DNA from: the human T2T-CHM13v2.0 reference genome, Homo sapiens
Strand: one strand, 5' to 3'
Assembly: GCF_009914755.1 (NCBI RefSeq)
Contig: NC_060929.1
Length of the DNA: 64,000 nucleotides
Shown: piece by piece, positions 30,570 through 44,215 of the stretch
How positions within the stretch are numbered: the stretch's first letter is position 1
How the letters are laid out: each line of letters starts with the position of its first letter
The notes under the pieces: generated by a model
The model's input: only the letters and a program-made list of their open reading frames with translations
Told to the model about the DNA's origin: nothing
Databases searched by the model: none
Translations under genes and position numbers: made by a program

Positions 30570-31260
30570 TATCTCCCCTTTTTTTTTCAGACTTTAGTTA
30601 TGTTAATCTTTTCTCTCTCTCTCTTTTTAAATTTTTAAGTTAACCTAGCTAAAAGTTTGTCAATTTTGTTTAGCCACCCAAAGAACTGACTCTTGGTTTC
30701 ATCGATTTTCTCTGTTTGGTCTGTTCTCTATTTTGTTTATCTCTGCTCTCATCCTTATTTCTGTCTTTCTATTGTCTCTGAGTGCAGTTTGTTCTTTTCT
30801 AGTTCCTTAAGCTGTAAACATTTTGTAGTTTCTTAAAGTAGATATGAAATATTTCCTTTTTTAATGTAAGAGTTTATAGCTATAAATTTGCTGCATCTCA
30901 TAAATTTTAGAAAATGATGTTTTCATTTTCATTTGTCTGAAGATATCTTCTAATTTCCCTTGTGATCTCTTCTTTGATGCAATGGTTCTTTAAAAGTGTG
31001 TTTTTTAATTTTCACGTATTTCTGTATTTTAAAATTTTTTCTCTGTTATTTATCTCTAGTTTCATTCTTTTGCAAACAGAAAAGATACTTTGTATAATTT
31101 TCAATCTTTTAAAATCTATCAGGACTTATTTTATGACATAATATGTGATGTCTCCCCAAGAATGTTCCATGTACACTCGAGAAAAAGGTGTATTCTGCTG
31201 TCACTGGTTGGGGTGTTCAGTTTATGTCTGTTAGGTCCGTTTGTTTATGACATCCAACTT
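30570..31260 (-). mobile_element. Old L1 ORF2 fragment
   Basis: T-rich L1 antisense: 'agctaaaagtttgtcaattttg', 'gaatgttccatgtacactcgagaaaaaggtgtattctgctg'. Confidence 0.8.
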
Positions 31261-31282
31261 CTTTTAAGAATTTGCGGTGAAA

Positions 31283-31545
31283 CCACATTCTTACTCATAA
31301 GTGGGAGCTGAACAGTAAGAATACATGGACACAGGGAGGGGAACATCACACACTGGGGCCTGTTGGGGATGGGGGAAAAGGAGAGGGAGAGCATTAGGAC
31401 AAATACCTAATGCATGCGGGGCTTAAAACCTAGATGATGTGTTGATAGGTGCAACAAACCACCATGGCACAGGTATACCTATGTAACAAACCTGCATGTT
31501 CTGCACATGTATCCCAGAACTTAAAGTAAAATAAAAATAAAAATA
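31283..31545 (+). mobile_element. 5'-truncated L1PA (L1PA8/10-like) 3' end
   Basis: L1PA 3' UTR with A tail; 17-bp TSD aagaatttg(c/t)ggtgaaa. Confidence 0.92.
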
Positions 31546-31689
31546 AAGAATTTGTGGTGAAAATTGGAAATAAGTACACAGAAGGGGCAGAAAAATAAAG
31601 TGATAACATTATGGATTTATATTATAAATTTTTTTGAAGTTCATATTCATTTTTCTTTTCTATAGCCTCAACATCTACACAAACAGGCT

Positions 31690-32060
31690 GGGAACACCCT
31701 TCCCCACTGTGATAATGATGGTTCCTGCCACAAGTTTCCCTTCCTGCCCTTCCCTGGTTATGATCTAGTAATATTCAAAAACCCCAATGAAGTCTCATGC
31801 CTTTTCTTATGTCCTCCACACTGACCCCTAATAATGGCAACTGCCCACAGGTCCTCTATCTCTTTAGGCTCTCTACTTGCTTAGTTGAACCAACTCCATA
31901 GGTGTTCCTCTTATGGCTTTTTCTTGGTGTGTAGTGACTCTGTCTCTCTAGGACCTGTGGTTACATAATAAACTTTATTTTTCTGAGTCTCTTCTTTGTT
32001 TACTCTTATGGCCGCTCTTGACTGACCATTAACTAAAATGTCACAGAACAAATTTCTACA
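31690..32060 (+). mobile_element. Old ERVL-type LTR fragment (MER73/74-like)
   Basis: 'ctctctaggacctgtggttacataataaac' poly(A) region typical of this LTR group. Confidence 0.45.
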
Positions 32061-32502
32061 ACTCGAATTGATCATAAACCTAACCAAACCTCTAGTTATA
32101 CAGCAGGAGAAACTGATGCATATTAGAATTGAAAATCTAGCTTAAAGTAACATAATGACTTATAACAGAACTGGGTCTAAAATACGGATAATTTTGTTTC
32201 ACCTTTCATATGAATTTTGTTGTGTGTGTGATAATTTCCCAGAATTATGAATTAAGAAATAATCTGCAGCCTCACCTGTGTTCAGTGGGAAGGAGAACTG
32301 TAGAGGATTGCTTGGTGTCTGCCAATGGCATTTTAAGGAATGGGCAACCCACTCTCTGATGCATGTCCCTGGGCTTGTGATCCCTGGTCTAGAATAAAAA
32401 GCTCTTGTGATTCAGAAATCCATGTTTTCTACCAAGCAAATGACTCTAAAATATGGTACATGTTTCAGTAGTTCTATGTGAGTTTATTTTTAGACAGAAT
32501 TT

Positions 32503-32632
32503 TTAAAATGTGCTTTAATAAATATTTTACTTTAAGAATAAGAAAATGTGTAACTAGTATATATATTAAAATGTGCTTTAATAACTATTTTACTTTAAGA
32601 AGTAATAAGAAAATGTGTAACTAGTATATATA
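32503..32632. repeat. Tandem duplication, 2 copies of ~63-67 bp
   Basis: ttaaaatgtgctttaataa...aagaaaatgtgtaactagtatatata twice. Confidence 0.95.
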
Positions 32633-34457
32633 TAAGCACAGTGAATGAAGCTTTTCTGGAAAAAAATATGTGCATAGTGAGTTTAAGAAAAATATAAAAT
32701 TTGACAACATTGAGAAGTAGTATTATGTAATATTTAAGATCTTAAACTCTAGTAAGAATCCAGTATAAATTCTGACTCTACCACTTAAACAAGTTTCTTA
32801 ACTTCTTAACTCCACTATATAGACCAGGTAAACATGATATTTACCCATAGGATTATAGGAGGATTAAATTTCATAATATAAATAAACGCTCAAAACAGTG
32901 ACTAGAATATTGTAAGCACTGCATTTTAAGTCAACTAGTGTTGACTAGTTGCAGTATTGATGACCCGTACAAAAAAAAATGAAGGTTGTACAGAAACAAA
33001 TGAAGTTTAAGAGAAGTAATGTATTTTCCTCCATGTCTTTTGACATTGCTGATGAATGGGTCCTTAAGAACTTTAGCCCTGGGACTAGCTAAAAGTCAAA
33101 AAAGAAATAATCAACACACCCGGTTTCTGTGATATATTAGGCATTTTAATCCTGTATTCTATAGTTAAGCAAACTTTCTACATGTTCAACATTGTGTCAA
33201 GCTTTGAGGAGAGGCTAGTGATACATGATTCTTTACCTTGCAGAGCTCACAGAGTGTGATGGTTTCCAGGAAATTTATTAAATTAACTATCTTGAATAAA
33301 TAAGTAATACAAAATCCCTGCAAATCATGCACTGTGTTACATTTTCAAGAAACACGAGGGCATCTTCAAATCCAGTAATTGCTGACCTTAAAGCTTTTTC
33401 AAAAGACAAATGTAATGGCAAAAAAGGTTTACCTAGCATAAAATTGACGTGCATCTGTCACTTGAAAAGATGATTTCTAATAAAATAAAATCAGCATTTA
33501 TATTTGCTATCATCTTCAAGTTATATAAGCCACACAGTTTAACCAATTTTTCTGTCTACAATTTCTTTGCCACATCTTTTATTGCATCGTCTTTTGATCT
33601 CTGTCTATTGCAAGAGTTAGTTAGTCTCAGCCAGAAGGTATACCTCTAAAATAAATTTAGCTTCTATTGCTGGTTCTTCTTAGTGCTATATTTTTTCAGC
33701 AGATACACAAATGCTGTTCTACTTCAGCAATAATTTCTAGTTCCTTAACTCCTTCTGGGCAACCAACTGAAGATTACTAAGACATTTTCTAACCAGCTGT
33801 ATCTAGGACCAACTCAGACATCATGGATATTTAGAAAGTTTGGGCTCATTTACTTCAAAGGTGATTGCAGTATTCTGCCTTATAACCTGTTTAACTGCTT
33901 TCAGAAACAAGTTTAACACAACCTCTTCTGCAGATTTTCCAGCTGAATAGTGTCAGCTTAGGGCCTTGCAGAAACCCTTTCTTGCTGTCACTCATTTCCC
34001 ATCCTATGAAATAACTCCAGTTGCACTAGAACATCACCCAAATGGATGGCTTCTTCCATACTCTGGATTATGGAAAAAAGATGTTTCTGCCCAGGTGAGT
34101 GAAGACACATTAAGATTAATACAACTTTTTTTCTTTAGACCTCAGTCTTCTACACTATACTCAACTAAAAGAATATAGATAGAATTGATCATTGCCATTA
34201 GTTCTATTAATTTTTTTCTACCTGTGACCAAGCTGAATTCCAAAAAAGAGCCTAACATTATTGAAATGGTAAGTTGATGAGAGGCAGTTAGCTGTTTTTT
34301 ATTATTATTCTTGTTTCTATACCTCTGAGTCCTGACCTCTTAATTCACCAGATTATTAAGTAGTAAGAAATCTGTCCTTTGGAAAACATTTACTTGCATC
34401 TATTGTTTATGTTAGATACCAGGACCTCTCCAGTTTATGACCCATTTCTAGTGCTCT

Positions 34458-34700
34458 AGGGGCAGTGTGAATAGCAGGAAGAGCACAGGTTCTGAACTTA
34501 GGTAGACAATAGTTTCCAACCTTAGTACTATGACTGCCAATATTGTGCCTTGAATAGAATTATTAACCTTGTTAATATTAAATTCCTAATCGGCAAAACT
34601 GAAATAATAATGCTTATTTTGAAAACTTCTGTAAGTCAAATGAAACAAATATATGTATAAAGTTAGGCCTATAGATGTGATTGGTAAAGTTTAGTTTAAT
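34458..34700 (+). mobile_element. MIR
   Basis: 'ggcagtgtgaatagcaggaagagcacaggttctg...ttcctaatcggcaaaactgaaataataat'. Confidence 0.7.
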
Positions 34701-35587
34701 AATGATATTTATTTATATTTTAATCATTCAATCAGCTAGTATTTATTAAGATGTTGTCATTTCAGATACAATTATTCTGCTTCAATGATAAAACTGTATT
34801 TTTTCTCTCTGTGGGGTACCTATAAAAGGCCTTCATACTAACTAAATGTAAATTCGAATGTAGCATTATTATAAAATCTTCTGTCTTAGAGAACACTAAA
34901 AAGTTACAAAAATTTTCTAACTTTTGTTTACATTGGAAATATTTAGAGAATTTTAAATGCATGATACATTGGAATAAAAGCGAGATATTAAAGGAACACA
35001 GAAAATAGCACATGTCCCAATATTGTGACAGTCTGCCTTAGTTTTTCAAAAATAGAGACATAAAAACTGAATCCTGAAGAAAGAAGCTAAGTTAAATTGT
35101 GAGTGTTCATGTTTTAGGCCTGTGGATGGTCTAAGAAGGCATGAAGTAGAGCTTCCCAATTCTTTTTGTTTTAAAGGAAGGATATCAATTAAAGTAGGAC
35201 ACATCCTGATATTTTTAGTTAGATTGGTTGACCAGCTGTTTAGTACTTTTCTATGGACCGAAGCTGCTGCTGAAGCTTTTTCTTCAGTTTTTCACTTGTC
35301 CTATCTGGTCATCTTTGCCTCACACAATCTCTAATTATTGAATATCTAAAAGAAGCACAGTTTGTTCTACTTTTTAGCTGCAATGATTATCTCAAATGGA
35401 AGCTGACTGGCTTCTTTTAGAAAACCAGAATAAAGGAAACATGGTGATAGTATCAAACTGGAAGATCAATCCACCCTAGAAGAGCTTTGCTGCACTGGCC
35501 TTGCAATTAATTTCTGAACTGTTCAAACCAAGCTATTCGATCATCAGGAGTGACATGGTGCTACTCATTTTTGAGATCTGATCATGT

Positions 35588-35997
35588 GCATGTTAGTCAG
35601 GATGTCAGCAGGAAACAGATGGCACTTTCCAATTAGGATAACTCAAGGGAGTTAAATAAAGGGACTCTGCAAAGATGTGGAAGGGTGATCTCCAGGACTG
35701 TTTGCACTCCTGAAGGGGTGAGTGGACACAGGAATTATAAAAATTCCTTAAGACAGTCATATGGAGACTGCCACCTGGAGAGGAGATTTGACCTTTTGTT
35801 GAGGAATGCAGCCAGGCCAAGGAGAAACCAGAGCTGGGAGAACAAATACCTTGAACATCCTCTCTCTCTTTCTCTCTTTCCAGTTGTCAACCCAGTGAAA
35901 GAAGCAAGGGATCCATAAAGGTCAGGCTTTTGGAGACCAAGAGAAGTCTATTTAATAAGAAAAGATGATCTGGAGGGCATAAAAAAGCTATCTAACA
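35588..35997 (-). mobile_element. LTR33-like ERVL solo LTR
   Basis: 'gtcaggatgtcagcaggaaacagatggcac...aattaggataa' and 'gatctggagggca' ends. Confidence 0.7.
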
Positions 35998-38419
35998 GTT
36001 TCATTCATGAATCAAAAAGGGGACCAATTCATATGAATGTACTTAATTATTTCCCATCCTTTAAAACTGCACTGTGTATGAAATTATTTACAGAATAGTC
36101 TTATGGAAAAAAATGCAATTATTGAAGACTGCTTCTTATATGTGTGTGTGTATGTGTGTATGGTAGTGGTGGGGTGATTCTATTATGCCTTCTTAAATCT
36201 CCTGAACTGTATTGCAGGCATCTTAGCTGACCTATTTATCGTCACCAAGAATATCATCGGATGAGCTGGGTCAATTTTAATAACATTTTCTGTAGGATTA
36301 TCATGTTAGAGTAAACCATAGACCTCACCAAGCAATAAAATTAACCATTAGGAGATATCGTATAGCTCTATAAAACTGACCTAGTAAAGTTAGTATTACC
36401 TCTAGATATTATATATTCACAATATGTTTGAGCAAGGAAACCAGGCTCTTTTAAATGATGACACTCAATGATTGAAAGATAATCGATGCCAACAAAAATA
36501 CTAGAACTGGAGACAGAGACAATTTTCTATTGAATAATCATGAGTTCCTAAATGTGATTCTTATCCATTGGTTTTTAGTAGAATTTTAAGGTGGATATTG
36601 CCAGTTTTATATTAGATGACCAATGATATATTTCCAAAAATAGGTCAGATGCTCTCCCTTTGAGTCTGGAAAATACTAACCACATGAATTAACTTTGAAG
36701 GGCTCTTCTGACTTATAGGAGATGAACAATGTTTCCTATGGCCTACACTGAGGAATTTGTTTCCATTCAGACCACAAGCTGTTTCAGTGTATTGTCCCTG
36801 TCATGTAATAAATACAAAACAAATATTATTTATTGTTATTACATAGCAAGTTTTAAATTATTCCTTCTCTGTATATATCCTTTTCATCCTGTGTTCTTAC
36901 ATCTTTACAATGTCTTGCTTCTTTCTACCAGGACAAATTAAGTAAAGCTTATCCTAGGGCAGAGATATTCTTTTCATTTTGTTTAAAACCACTACATCTT
37001 TCAGGAAATTCAAACAGAGTCAGATTCTATTTGGCTACCCCTTTCCCCTAGAACACTTTCAACTATTTTGTTTTGAGTTTATTGAAAAGTTTTAGAAAAT
37101 ACTCAAAGAAGAAATAATTAAGAAGCCTTGAAGGTGGAAAAATTATGGACCAAATTTTGAAGTCGAGAATGTTCTCATTCGTGTTACATTTGTTTTTTAT
37201 AATTTTACTTGCTGTCTCTTTGTAGAATTATAGTTATGCCACAGCTATAAATATAAAACAAAGGCTTGGTTTTATAGTTTATTTTCTCTTGTCTAACATT
37301 TCCATTGGAAACACTAAGTTTCTGGTTATAAATTTCCTCAGTAGTATTAAGGAAGTCTGCTTACCATCTCAACAGCTAAGTCTGCAGGACCTGAGATGCG
37401 AAGCCTCACTCAGATGTTTCTGCTGAACCCTTCTGTGGGTTATTACTCCTGAGTGAATAACTCTATCTTTGGGAATTGTATTCCTGGGTTACTCTTGTTT
37501 TTGTTCCATAGATTTTCTGGTAAGGGAAGGAGTAAAGAAAACGTCCTAGTGTAACACCAAACCCCATGTGAGGATGCTCAGAATGGCATAAAGAATGGTA
37601 GGGATTAACCATCCGAACACATGGAGAACATTTAGAACAGTATCCAGCAAACGGTAAGTAATAGTTTTATAACAGCAATTGTAATAATCATCAATAGCTT
37701 CCTTAGTTGTAGTGTAATAATATAAGGAAGATATATCTCCTACAAGGAAAAAAAGACAGAAAAGCAGCTAAGAGTATCAGGAGGATTATCATTAGAAGAT
37801 ACTCTATATAGAGTTTTCTGTGTTATATTTTTTCTGTGGACCTGGACACATTGTTGTTAGCATTGGGTATCCTCTCATTGCCAGCTTCTGCTTTTGCCTG
37901 CACTGACCTTGAAGTAGTAGCATTTTGTCATATCCCTGAAAAACAGACACATAAAGGAGACTGCAACGGTCATGATTCTCCTATATCAGGGGACAACTTT
38001 GGATATAAGTATCAAAACCCTTCATGACTGATTGCCCGACAGAGGCCAAACCAAGCTTTGTTAATATAAAGGTTACCTAAGAGACTCATGTGTTATGTTT
38101 TTGACCACTTACTAAAAATACAGATCTGATATGTGTGTTCACTCTATAATATTTTTGTCCACAGCCACAATTGTTTACTTTCCATGCCGGCTCTTCTCCC
38201 ATATAGCCAATAAACTTCCTTTATTGCTTCAAGCAAGTCTGCTCTGTTCGCTGATGGCATACCCAGCTCAGCAAGGCTAAAGCCCTATAGTTAACCAGTC
38301 ACCTCCTTAAACAGGCAGTTCAGTAACCATCCATCATTATTTGAGCAAACTCCTTCAGGGTCTCTCCTCTCACTAGAAACATTTAGCAAATTATTTGTTC
38401 CCTAAAAGCAGGGTACTCT

Positions 38420-38885
<466 letters not shown>

Positions 38886-39981
38886 CTAGAGGTACCTTAA
38901 TTCTTTCAAATTGCAAAGTGTACTCTTAGCTCTATTGATTTCCCTTGACCACAAGTTTAAATTAGATTGTAGTCATGCATTTAATACATGGCATTAGCTT
39001 GGCAGAGTGAGAAAAGAAGCTACAGTTTTCTATATTTCCTTCTTGGCACAATTGTTACAATACTACTTCAGAAAAACCATTCATTTTTCTATTCTTTTTT
39101 CTATTTTACAAAAACTATTGTGAAAATAGTACAATTATTCTTTCTTAGTTCCTTTTTTGAAAGATTCACTGTTCTAAAAATACCATTTATATTTTATTCA
39201 TTCAGATTTTAATCTGCAAATATATTTTAAATATCTATCAATAACCCAATTCACCCAGCACTAAAATATATAAATTATTATCATTTTATTGAGGATAAAG
39301 GAAAGATAAGAATAGAAAAAGGAGATGGGAGCCTGCACTCTCTTGAGCAGATACTGGGCTCAATGCAATTTATACACATAAATACATATATATTTCTAAG
39401 AAGAACACTGAAATAAGAAAAAAAAAGGAAAAGAAAAGAAAGAAATCCTTAGTTGTTTGCCCAAGATCACAAATAAAAAATGGGAGAAATTAAATTCAAA
39501 TCTAGGGTACCAGGCTAACCCTTGTGAGTTAATGGGAGCTCAGTTGCTTGTTAAAGTATATCAGTCTAATAATACCCGCAACTAAGTGATAAAAGAATGC
39601 AGAAATCCATGTGTGATGGAGGAGCAGGAGAGAGCTTCATAAGGAAGATGCACATGATATGGACCTTAAAAGACAGATCTAGTTTGAGCTTATGGAAGGA
39701 AGAATGGTCTCCTCTCTCAGAGTATGGTGATAAGCCCTCATCAGATTAAAGAAGTTGAGCTCTTCTGCCAGTTGTCTCAAAGGTTGAGGAATTTCAATAT
39801 CATTTGCCATGGAGCTCAGCATTTCTTGGCTATACTAAATCTAGCAGATGCTAACAGACAGAATTGAATGGCTGTAGCCTTCTAGTTTATGAGAAGACTT
39901 ATAAAAAATTCTCAAAGTCCACATTTAAAACTAACAGGATTAAGTACATGAAATGCAGTGTAATTATTCTTCATTCAGGTT

Positions 39982-40012
<31 letters not shown>

Positions 40013-40036
40013 GTGCACGCGCGGGTGCACACGTAC
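39982..40036. repeat. (TG)n(CG)n alternating purine-pyrimidine tract
   Basis: tgtg...tgtgcgcgcgcgcacgcgtgcacgcgcg, uninterrupted alternation 39982-40023. Confidence 0.95.
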
Positions 40037-40084
40037 AAGTGTATTCTCTTAAGTAAATTTTGGTTGCCATAGTGTTAAATGAAA

Positions 40085-40815
40085 CCCAGCTTTATGGAAA
40101 ACAGTATGGAGGTTTCACCAAAAATTAAAATAGAACTACTATATAATACAGCAATCCCACTACTGGGTACATATCCAAAGGAAATAAAATCAGTAAGTCA
40201 AAGAGATATCTATATTATCGTGTTCATTGCAGCATTATTTACAACAGCCAAACTATGAAATCAATCTAAGTGTCCATAATAGATCAATGTATAAAGAAAA
40301 TGAAGTATATATAAACAATAAAATATTATTCGGCCTTTAAAATTTTGGGAAATCTTATCATTTGGAATAACATAGATGAACCTGGAGGACATTATGTTGA
40401 GTAAAATAAGCCAGACACAGAAAGACAAACACCATATGAACTCATTTATATGTGGAACCTAAATAAAGTCAAACTCAGAACCAGAGAGTACACTGGTTCC
40501 TACTAGGGACTAAATTGGGGATTGAAGAGATGTTGGTCAAAAGGTACAACATTTCAGTTAGACAGCAGGAATAAGTTCAAAGGATCTATTGTACAACATG
40601 GTGAGTATAGTTAATGACAATATATTGTATACTTGAAAACAGCTAATAGAGTAGATTTTAAGTTTTCTCATTACAAAAAAATTGATATGTATGTGAGGTG
40701 ACACATATGTTAGCTAGCTTAATTTAGCCTTTCCACAATATGTACATATTTTTAAAGAGAACATTACACACAACAAATACATATAGATTTTAGTTGTCAA
40801 TTTAAAAATAAATTT
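40085..40815 (+). mobile_element. L1MA 3' end
   Basis: 'atggaaaacagtatggaggtt...cagcaatcccactactggg...gaacctggaggacattatg' plus L1MA-type 3' UTR. Confidence 0.85.
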
Positions 40816-40909
40816 AAAAGTGGATCTTTGACTTAAATGTGAGTATCAAAAATGAATTCAAGCTTCTACTAAAGAACAGCAACAAAAACAAACAATAGAC
40901 AAGTTTGTG

Positions 40910-43900
40910 GAAGAGGAGGCAGAGCAAGATGTCCAAATAGAACCCTGTAACAATTGTCCCCCCCACCCTCACCCAATACCAAATTTAATAACTATCCACC
41001 AAATTTAATAACTATCCACCAAAGAAAGCACACTCTTAAGAACTAACTAAAAATCAAGTAAGTAATCATAGCACAAGGTTGTAACATTCTAGCAGGAAAA
41101 GAGGAATTGAAGAGGGTAGGAAAGACATTCTTATATTGTCAACACCACCCCTCCCTCATCCCATGGCAGTAGCACTCTGATGCAAAGAGAGAATCTGCGT
41201 GCTTCAGGGAGGGTGAGCGTGGTGACTGGGGCTTTGAATTGGAACTCAGTGCTGCCTGTCCCAGCAGAAAGAAACTCATGGTGGAAAGAATTCAACTGTC
41301 AGACATTTATGGACATGCTCTGGTCTAGGGGGATGGAGTGAGGAGCTTGTTACCCTGATGGGAAGGACAAAGCCTGGCTGGATTTGCCACTTGCTGGATG
41401 TAGAGCCTTTGGGCCTTGAGTGAACATCAGCAGTAGTCAGGCAGTGGCCACCACGGGCCTTCAGCAAGACCCAGAGCTGTGCTGACTTCAAGTCTGACCC
41501 AGCACAGTGGCCATATGGGTTCTTGTGTCACTTCTCCCCCAGCTCCAGGTAGCTCAGCAGGGAGATAGACCAAAACCAGAAAAAGCCACACCAAAAATAG
41601 AAAACTATAGGCCAATATCCCTGATGAACATTGAAGCAAAAATTCTTAACAAAATACTAGCAAACTGAGTTCAACAACACATTACAAAGATCATTCATTA
41701 TGATCAAGTGGATTTATCCCAGGGATGCAAGGATAGTTCAAAATATGCAAATTAATTAATGTGATGCATCATATCAACAGAATGAAGAAAAAAACCCATA
41801 TGATCATTTAAATTGATGCACAAAAATCATTTGATAAAAATCTACATCTCTTCATGATAAAAACCCTCAAAAAAAACTGGATGTAGATGGTACATATCTC
41901 AACACAATAGTGATATAGGACAAAACTACAGCTAATGTCATAGTGAATGGAGAAAAACATAAAGCTTTTTCTCTAAGATTTGGAACAAGTCAAGAATACC
42001 TACTTTTACCACTGTTACTCAACATAGTACTGGAAGTCCTAGACAGAGCAAACTGACAAGAAAAATAAATAAAGGGCATACAAATTGGAAAAGAAAAAGT
42101 CAAATTATCTTTGTTTGCAGATGATATAATCTTATATTTGAAAAATCCTAAAAACCCTGCCAAAAAACTAATAGAACTGATAAACAAATTCAGTAAAATG
42201 GCAGGATATTAAAATAAACATGCAAAAATCAGTAGCGTTTCTATATGACAACAATGAACAATCTAAAGAAGAAATCAACAAAGCAATCGTATTTATGATA
42301 GCTACAAATAAAATAAAATACCTAGGAATAAACTTAATCAAAGTGAAAAATCACTACAATGAAAACTATAAAACATTGGTGCAAGAAATTGAAGAGGACA
42401 CACAAAAAATGGAAAGGTATTCCATGTACATGGATTCAAAGAATAAATGTTGTTAAAATGTCCATACTACCCAAAGCAATCTACAGATTCAATGCAATAC
42501 CACTTAAAATCCCAATGACATTCTTCACAGAAATGAAAACAAAAAATCTTAAAATGTATACAGAGCACGAAAGACCTGGAAGAGCCAACACATCCTGAGC
42601 AAAAAGAATACAACTGTAGGAATCACATTACCTAACTTCAAATTACATTACAGAGCTATAGTAACCAAATCAGCATGACATTGGCATAAAAATAGACACA
42701 TAGACCAATGAAACAGAATAGAGAACCCAGAAGCAAATCCATACATTTACAGTGAACTTGTTTTCCACAAAGGTGTCAAGAACATACATTGGGAAAGGAC
42801 AGTCTCTTTAATAAATGATGCTGGGAAAACTAGATATTCATATGCAGAAGAACCAAACTAGACCATATCTCTCACCATACATAAAAGTTGACACAAAATG
42901 GATTAAAGACTTAGGTTTAAGACCTGAAACTATGAAATTAATAAAAGAAAATTTTAGAGAAACACTCGAGGACATTGATCTGGGAAAAGAGTTCTTGAAT
43001 AATCCTCATAAGCACAAGCAACCAAAGCAAAAATGGACAAATGGGATCACATCAAGTTAAAAAACTTCTGCACTGCAGGGTAATAATCAACAAAGTGAAG
43101 AGATAGCTCATGGAATGGGAGAATATTTTGCAAACTATATATCTAACAAAGGACTACTAATTTGAATATATAAGGAGCTTAAACAACTCCAAAAAATCTA
43201 GTAGTCTGATTAGAAATGGGCAAAAGATCTGAGGGGATATTTCTCAAAAGAAGACATACAAATATTGAACAGATATATGAAAAGATGCTCAACATGATAG
43301 ATCATCAGAGAAATGCAAATCAAAACTACAAAGAGATATCATTTCATCCCAGTTAAAATGGCTTTTATCCAAAAGACAGGCAATAACAGGTGCTGGCAAG
43401 GATGTGGAGAAAAGGGAACACTCATACACTTTTGTTGGAAATGTACATTATTCTAGCCACTATGGAGAACAGTGTGGAGGTTCCTCAAGAAACTAAAAGT
43501 AGAATTACAGCAATAGATCCAGCAATCCCACTGCTATGTATGTGCCCCAAATAAATCAGAATATTAAAGAGATATCTGCACTCCCATGTTTATTGCAGCA
43601 CTATTCCCGACTACCAAGATTTGGAAGCAATTTAAATTTTCATCAATAGATTAATGGAAAAAAACACATTTATATACACACAATGTCATAGTATTCAGCC
43701 ATAAAAAAGAATGAGATCCTGTCTTTGCAACAACATGGATTGAACTGGAGGACATTATGTTAAGTGAAATAAGCCAGACACGGAAAGATAAACTTCACAT
43801 GTTCTCATTCATTTGTGGGAGATAAAAGTTAAAATGATTGTACTCATGGAGATAGTAGAATGATGGTTACCAGAGGCTGGGAAGAGTAATGGAGTGGGAG

Positions 43901-44215
43901 AGTGGGGACAGTTAATAGGTACAAAAACAGAATGAATAAGATCTAGTATTTGATAGCACAAGAGGGTGATTGTAGCCAACAGTAATTTAAATACATTTAA
44001 ATTTAATATATATAGTGCATTTAAAAATATAATAACAAACAATATAATTGGAATGTAACAGAAAGAGTAAATGCTTGAGGTGATGGATACCCTATTTACC
44101 CTAATATAATTGTTACACATTAATGCCTGTATCAAAATATCCACTGTACCCCATAACTATATACACTTACATACCCATAAAAATTAAATATTAAAAATCA
44201 AATGAATTTAAAAAT
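40910..44215 (+). mobile_element. L1MA2/3-like element: 5' UTR joined directly to mid-ORF2, continuing through 3' UTR
   Basis: L1 start 'gaggaggcagagcaagatg', junction near 41570 into 'gaaaactataggccaatatccctgatgaac'; ORF2 remnants [24 protein letters not shown]. Confidence 0.88.
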
